IMG/VR virus record: IMGVR_UViG_3300045995_000065
Coordinates: 1 to 64,000 of that record
Source: a virus
Length of the DNA stretch: 64,000 bases
Reading direction: 5' to 3' (one strand)
A program made the translations under genes and the position numbers. Below are positions 59,350-64,000 of the stretch, piece by piece (the stretch's first letter is position 1; each line of letters starts with the position of its first letter). The notes beneath the pieces are model-generated. The model worked only from the letters and a program-made list of their open reading frames with translations. It was not told the DNA's origin and did no database searches.

Positions 59350-59374
59350 CAAGTATTTATGCTATTTTAAAAAA

Positions 59375-59959
59375 CTACACGCCGTCCTGTTCACACAATA
59401 AATTCATATGAACTGCTATCAATGTTGAGTACGAAATTGAATGGCTCTTCTTAAAATAGTAGGAATTGTCAGTGGGCTTGTCCCATATAGTCTTAGCTAC
59501 ATTGGCCCACTTTAGCCCTATTAGGTGGCGTTTTGCAGGGCGAATCGCAGCGATAAACATAGCTAATCGTGGGATACTTGTTACTGCCTCTGGAAACTGT
59601 ATCAGCGTATCGTAATGCCCATTGACGTGCATTAACTTGTTACAAAACTCTTCGTCGTACAGCTTTGCCCAGTCTGGCTCCTTGGCCATCAATGCATCTA
59701 AATGTGCCTCGTCCTTTATCTGCGTATATAATGATACGTTCAAAAAGTCCAGCTTCATGTACCCACGTTCTTCAGCATCCTTGTGATCAATGCTCGCGCA
59801 TCCCACGATTGGGTCATTGGGAATGTCAGTAACGTAAACCCCTGAGTTATGTTTTACTAACTCACCATTACGCATAATGCCCGCAGGATTATGTCGCAGG
59901 TAGGATAACGCTTTGTTTCTATCACCAAAGTCGAGGTCAATGTCTGATTTAAATTTCAT
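59375..59959 (-). CDS. Miniature DNA polymerase III alpha (DnaE)-like catalytic domain
   Basis: SDIDLDF, HNSGV, GYMKLDFL, AAIRP, FKKSHSISY in only 194 aa. Confidence 0.82.
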   Translation of the reverse strand: MKFKSDIDLDFGDRNKALSYLRHNPAGIMRNGELVKHNSGVYVTDIPNDPIVGCASIDHKDAEERGYMKLDFLNVSLYTQIKDEAHLDALMAKEPDWAKLYDEEFCNKLMHVNGHYDTLIQFPEAVTSIPRLAMFIAAIRPAKRHLIGLKWANVAKTIWDKPTDNSYYFKKSHSISYSTLIAVHMNLLCEQDGV

Positions 59960-60243
59960 AGAAACTTTAGGCGAAACAGTAAGTATTTCTGATCGTCCAC
60001 TATCTTCAATCCTTTTATACAATGCATCTCCATATCGTATTCATATTTGACTCCCCAGGTGTTCTCAAACCAGTCTACTAGTCTTTCTTCAATTTTGCTA
60101 GTGGTATGGTAAGCCGCAGCCTTCTTTAGGATGACTGCCAACTCTTTCATTTCCTTGCTGTACTGCGTGTCCTTGATAAACCCTCTGAGTTGAGATTCTT
60201 CTAACTCAGTTACTGGATCGTGCACAAACGGTTCATAGTCCAT
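59956..60243 (-). CDS. Hypothetical protein (F.LK[WFY] family)
   Basis: WFENTWG..DDQKYLLFRLKFL. Confidence 0.6.
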   Translation of the reverse strand: MDYEPFVHDPVTELEESQLRGFIKDTQYSKEMKELAVILKKAAAYHTTSKIEERLVDWFENTWGVKYEYDMEMHCIKGLKIVDDQKYLLFRLKFL

Positions 60244-60967
60244 ATGCAATAAATTCCCTGCCAGTAATTGAATTTGGTACGATGTTCCACTCCCATAAAT
60301 TTTCTGGCAATTTTGGTAAAGTATGAGTGTCTACGAATCTGGTATTTACTGCACCAATAACAAAACGTTGATGCATAGCACGAGAATCATGATAGAAAGC
60401 TTTGTAAAATACCGTTTGCCATCCATACAATTCCAAAATAATATTAACCCAAGGAAAGTTAGGGACACCAGCCAATATAGATGCATAGCCGTTAAACCCT
60501 GCTTTGTCCCAATCAGTCGTTTCAACATACCAATCCATATTAGGGGTTGAACATTCCGGACCAAATTCAGATTCTAAAATCAAATGCTTGACTTGACTAT
60601 TGCATATGGTTTTTAAAAAAAGATGATGATCAGCTATGTGATAAAACATACCAAAATTAGTAACTGTATCTTTTCCTTCGAGCAGTGCTGTCAAGCTATT
60701 TGCATCTGTCGCATCACCTTTAACAAATGACACCGAGTCCAAGCTATTCAATCGAATAAGATCTTGAGCAATTTCAATTGACTCTGTCCTTGGTTCTAGC
60801 CCCACCACGGATCGCGCCCCCATACACTTAATACTTGCGCTACTTTTACCAGTATACGATGCTATATCAAGCACATCACAGTCTTTAATAAAGAAATTTA
60901 ATGCTTCTGGAATAAAATACTCCATCCCCTGCACCCTAAACCTCGTTGATGAATTCGTCATAGCCAC
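60233..60967 (-). CDS. Class I SAM-dependent methyltransferase
   Basis: VLDIASYTG, VVGLEPR, GD, GMFYH; AT-rich. Confidence 0.85.
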   Translation of the reverse strand: MAMTNSSTRFRVQGMEYFIPEALNFFIKDCDVLDIASYTGKSSASIKCMGARSVVGLEPRTESIEIAQDLIRLNSLDSVSFVKGDATDANSLTALLEGKDTVTNFGMFYHIADHHLFLKTICNSQVKHLILESEFGPECSTPNMDWYVETTDWDKAGFNGYASILAGVPNFPWVNIILELYGWQTVFYKAFYHDSRAMHQRFVIGAVNTRFVDTHTLPKLPENLWEWNIVPNSITGREFIAYGL

Positions 60968-61173
60968 CTCATTAGTAATACTGATTCCATTGATTCGTTA
61001 TGCTCTTCATGAAATTTAAAGTGCACTTCATTCTCCTTAGACATAAAGAACCAATCAAAATCTTTACCCACAGCAAGCCCACAATCGCGTTGCAGCCAAT
61101 TACTAATAGCCAATGCTTTGCCTGCACGGTTTGACAGTGTTACAGCGGTTAACGGTAGCTTAACGATGTTCAT
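60958..61173 (-). CDS. Small hypothetical protein (F..L[KR]W family)
   Basis: GKDFDW..SVLLMRWL. Confidence 0.6.
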   Translation of the reverse strand: MNIVKLPLTAVTLSNRAGKALAISNWLQRDCGLAVGKDFDWFFMSKENEVHFKFHEEHNESMESVLLMRWL

Positions 61174-61955
61174 AAGTTTGCTGCCTTCAATACTTCTTTA
61201 ACCCAATCAGCATCGTCATCGTAGTCTTTAAACTTACGGTTCCAGTATGCAGGATCAATGAATGGCATTACGAGTTCAAGTTGTGCCTCATCGAGCTTAC
61301 TAAGGAAGTCAACGCCTGAATCACAATTGAAAACGACCCAAGGACTAATACGGGATGTTGCAATGTGATGTATGATACGATTAACATTGCCGTACCTAAA
61401 ATAATCGACAAAACCGTTCTTGAGTTCTGGATGATCTGCTGCATATTGTTGCATCTCCTTCAGTCCACGTTCCAACGCATCTTGGACTGCTTCTTTTTTA
61501 ATGTACTCTGTTACCCACTCAGTGTAAAGCTTGTCTGAGCACCAGTAGTCAAGCTTCTTGTTATTTGTCAGTAGCCACGTTGTAAACTGTATGAAATTAA
61601 CGCATCGTATATCCACGCAATAGCGGCCAAACTTAACGAATGCAATGTAGTACAGTGATGACGCAAACTCTTCATAAGACTTTGCCTTCTTCCCGCCTTG
61701 TGTTATCTCGTAAAAACGTAAGTAAGCTTGGAGGCCCAGCTGAACGCCTTTTTCGCCTTGCTGGTTGTGCCTGCGCTTAGGTTCGCACTGATGCGAAATA
61801 AGACTGTTTTCTCTTGCGAACGACCTATTACAGAATTTGCAGGTGTGCTCATTAGAGTTCTTTTTTAATTCGTTCTTTTGTCCAGCCATGCTGTTCAGCC
61901 AAGTGCTTAAGATCGTCTTTACCGTTGAGTCGTCTGAGGAGGTCAAGTTCATCAT
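61170..61955 (-). CDS. Zinc-finger protein (start uncertain)
   Basis: CKFCNRSF..HQC; ISPW. Confidence 0.7.
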   Translation of the reverse strand: MMNLTSSDDSTVKTILSTWLNSMAGQKNELKKNSNEHTCKFCNRSFARENSLISHQCEPKRRHNQQGEKGVQLGLQAYLRFYEITQGGKKAKSYEEFASSLYYIAFVKFGRYCVDIRCVNFIQFTTWLLTNNKKLDYWCSDKLYTEWVTEYIKKEAVQDALERGLKEMQQYAADHPELKNGFVDYFRYGNVNRIIHHIATSRISPWVVFNCDSGVDFLSKLDEAQLELVMPFIDPAYWNRKFKDYDDDADWVKEVLKAANL

Positions 61956-62328
61956 CTTTTAAATGGGGGTAAATTTCTTTAAGGAATTTGGTTGCTTTAT
62001 TATCAGTGGCTTCTTTTTTGCTTGCTGCTAACCAGTTATGTCGCTGTTTACCCATTCCAGGACTAACTGTAGATGCAAGTAACCATTGCAACTTCTTATG
62101 TTGGGTGCCGCTAATGTCGAAGTAATGCTTGTTGAGCCTTTCGTTAACGCTCATCAAGTAGTACGATTGCATCTCTGCACCGCCTTCTACTACAGAGCCC
62201 CAACGTATCATAAGGAAAGGAGAAAACTTCTTCTTCTCTTCATCACTTAGCTCGTCAAAGAAGGCCCTGTTCTTGAGATCAAGCTGGGCCATCTCGTTAC
62301 CTATGTATAGCTTATCAGTCGTTGCCAT
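61852..62328 (-). CDS. Hypothetical protein, possible clamp-loader small subunit-like
   Basis: KKKFSPFLMIRW..VNERLNKH..LQWLL. Confidence 0.45.
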   Translation of the reverse strand: MATTDKLYIGNEMAQLDLKNRAFFDELSDEEKKKFSPFLMIRWGSVVEGGAEMQSYYLMSVNERLNKHYFDISGTQHKKLQWLLASTVSPGMGKQRHNWLAASKKEATDNKATKFLKEIYPHLKDDELDLLRRLNGKDDLKHLAEQHGWTKERIKKEL

Positions 62329-62777
62329 CTTCAGTCCATACTTTAGGTTCCGTGGGCTCAGTGGGCTCAGTGGGCTCTACAAGTATGCCATCTTCCATGT
62401 ACAGTGTCTTTTCAGACTCACCAAACTCACGTGCGTAAACTGTCTTGCCCTTATCGGGACTTTCAAAAATCTTCGTCATTTGATGCTCCGTTGCTTCGTG
62501 TATTGCGCACATGCTCAATGTCTTGCATCATACGCTTTTCTTGTTGCGTTACTTCACCGTGATTGCGTGGGTTACCGCACAGATAACATTGCGGATTACC
62601 ACAATCCATTGCATGGCGTTTAGCTAGACGATGTGATTGTTTAATGATCAAATCGCTATCAGTGAAACCACTGTTATTAGTGCTACCCTGCTTTGCAATT
62701 TTAACTTGCTTCTTAATCGCATTGTCATCCTTGAGCAACCGCTTAGAATGTTTGAACTTGTCTTCTTCTGTACTCAC
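62315..62777 (-). CDS. Two small genes (about 62315-62479, 62463-62777)
   Basis: IFESPDKGKTVYAR with PTE x3 tandem 9-mer; MDCGNPQCYLCGNPR zinc motif. Confidence 0.65.
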
Positions 62778-63284
62778 TTAGAATGCCTTTCCAAAATCTA
62801 CGACCTCACTTTGTCGCGAAATGTCTTTTACAAAATATGCGCAGAGTGGTTTCTCTACGCCTGCTTCCAATGGAACTGCCAACATTTGCCCAGGCTTCAA
62901 CTTGGGAAAATACCATTTAACGTCTTGATAAATGTCCACGATCTCTATTAGACCAAACGATGGCTTAAAGCTGGAGATAGGGTTAAAGCAAAATGCACTA
63001 AATCCTCTATCGTTAATGCTTGTAAGCGGGACAACCTCTAGGTCACCTAAATCATTTTCGCCAATCAGTATTTGCCAATCCACTGGCATACGGATTATGC
63101 TGTTACCGATCTTTAATACAAGTGCTGGTGCGTTAAAGCTCTCCAAAAAGATTAATGGTATATAAAAGTAGTCTGGGTTCTTGCTATCCGAATTGTCTAG
63201 CACTGCAAAACGCAAATCTCCAACTTCGTCGGGAATTTCGTTTAGCTCATATGCTGCATTTGTGTCGAGGTCTAATATACGCAC
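62778..63284 (-). CDS. Hypothetical beta-rich protein
   Basis: 168 aa; own sigma70 promoter TTGACT-17-TATAAT at about 63306-63334. Confidence 0.75.
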   Translation of the reverse strand: MRILDLDTNAAYELNEIPDEVGDLRFAVLDNSDSKNPDYFYIPLIFLESFNAPALVLKIGNSIIRMPVDWQILIGENDLGDLEVVPLTSINDRGFSAFCFNPISSFKPSFGLIEIVDIYQDVKWYFPKLKPGQMLAVPLEAGVEKPLCAYFVKDISRQSEVVDFGKAF

Positions 63285-63330
63285 TGGTTATCCTTATTAT
63301 AGTTTATTATAGCTTAAGACTATAATTTAG

Positions 63331-63525
63331 TCAACACCAAGCTAGTCTGAACATGGTGAACTCATCTTCGTTTTTAAACGAAATGGCGTAAGTGTTTACC
63401 ATTTTGCCACATTCACGGTCCTTGCACCATTGAGTCAACTCATTCAATTCAGATCTGGACATGCTACCTAACCGCACGTAAGTATACGTATGACGTTTCT
63501 CAATTTCTCGAATGCTAATCTTCAT
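63331..63525 (-). CDS. Small hypothetical protein (F..LKW family)
   Basis: QWC..SFKNEDEFTMFRLAW. Confidence 0.65.
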   Translation of the reverse strand: MKISIREIEKRHTYTYVRLGSMSRSELNELTQWCKDRECGKMVNTYAISFKNEDEFTMFRLAWC

Positions 63526-64000
63526 TGCCATACCGCCTTCTCAATCGTAAACGGATACTGTGCGCTAGTGTAAAACTTCTTACGTGCAGTAAGATGTCGC
63601 TTGGAAAACTTGCAAGTAGACGTAATATCCCAAATGTTTACAGCGTCTTTGTCTTGTGCTTTGCGGAGTCCTCGCCCAATACTCTGGATAACTCGAACAA
63701 AACTCTTGCCCGGTTCAAATAACACAAGATTAAAAATGCGGGGAACGTTAATGCCAACAGCAGCAACACCATAAGTTGCGATAGTGATTTTAGATGTAGA
63801 CGAAGCCATTGAATCATATTCTTCCTTCCGTGTCTTGCCCTTCATTGATCCAGACACAAACGTAATGTCAGGTTTATCGCCAAGCAAGCTAAACAAACTG
63901 CTCAACTCTGCTTGCAATAGCTTTCCAGTAGCAATACGATCCACAAGGATCAGTGTATTGCCTGTCTTAGCCACCCGTTCTGCTAGTCGTGCCACGTATG
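63522..64000 (-). CDS. uvsW: UvsW-like SF2 DNA helicase, C-terminal part (runs off window end)
   Basis: ATYGVAAVGINVPRI, QSIGRGLR. Confidence 0.9.
   Translation of the reverse strand, partial: YVARLAERVAKTGNTLILVDRIATGKLLQAELSSLFSLLGDKPDITFVSGSMKGKTRKEEYDSMASSTSKITIATYGVAAVGINVPRIFNLVLFEPGKSFVRVIQSIGRGLRKAQDKDAVNIWDITSTCKFSKRHLTARKKFYTSAQYPFTIEKAVWQ

Noticed and set aside
58726-59959. Group I intron or intein splitting dnaE around the HNH gene
   Set aside because: The DnaE-like ORF ends cleanly, no downstream DnaE exon is visible, and there is no room for an intron core. nrdA and nrdB are also uninterrupted.
62351-62377. (GTGGGCTCA)x3 tandem repeat
   Set aside because: In-frame PTE linker; no sign of phase variation.
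1101-63722. Many plus-strand ORFs antisense to minus-strand genes (e.g. 2168-2704, 27089-27667, 52639-53181)
   Set aside because: Shadow ORFs with no RBS or motifs, overlapping well-supported genes.
1-64000. Stop-codon reassignment
   Set aside because: Core genes are full length in the standard code, and TAA, TGA and TAG all end genes at plausible positions.
1-64000. tRNA or rRNA genes
   Set aside because: Intergenic gaps are short and no cloverleaf was recognised by eye; tRNAscan-SE would be needed for certainty.

Overview
This 64 kb window is a slice of a large (probably jumbo) T4-superfamily myophage genome, most like the RaK2/GAP32/Atu_ph07/XacN1-type lineage and its uncultured freshwater relatives (lineage is an inference). 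The host is probably a PHA-storing proteobacterium. Genes are dense, mostly on the minus strand, and use the standard genetic code. Recognisable blocks: proteostasis genes (clpP, clpX, clpS, Hsp20); a sugar/modification cluster (UDP-glucose dehydrogenase, amidinotransferase, methyltransferases, glycosyltransferase-like proteins, radical SAM enzymes); nrdA/nrdB/glutaredoxin; DnaB helicase, primase, a miniature DnaE-like palm and a UvsW helicase; virion genes (PAAR, tail fibres, collagen-like fibre, putative head-internal proteins starting MKINEI..E); two HNH homing endonucleases; and two zones of tiny early genes (about 2-6.5 kb and 26-38 kb). Non-coding grammar read directly from the sequence: (1) 11 copies of a ~60 bp sigma70 promoter + conserved leader + RBS cassette; (2) TAAATA late promoters, many only 4-6 nt before ATG, implying leaderless mRNAs; (3) a hairpin that hides an RBS and carries the late promoter in its loop; (4) a covarying bulged-G leader hairpin shared by the phasin and Hsp20 genes. 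The most notable candidate systems are a late operon pairing a BLUF blue-light sensor with a membrane-anchored protein, and a phasin / PAKK-protein divergon with a PhaR-type box. All product calls come from motif recognition by eye; no database searches were run.
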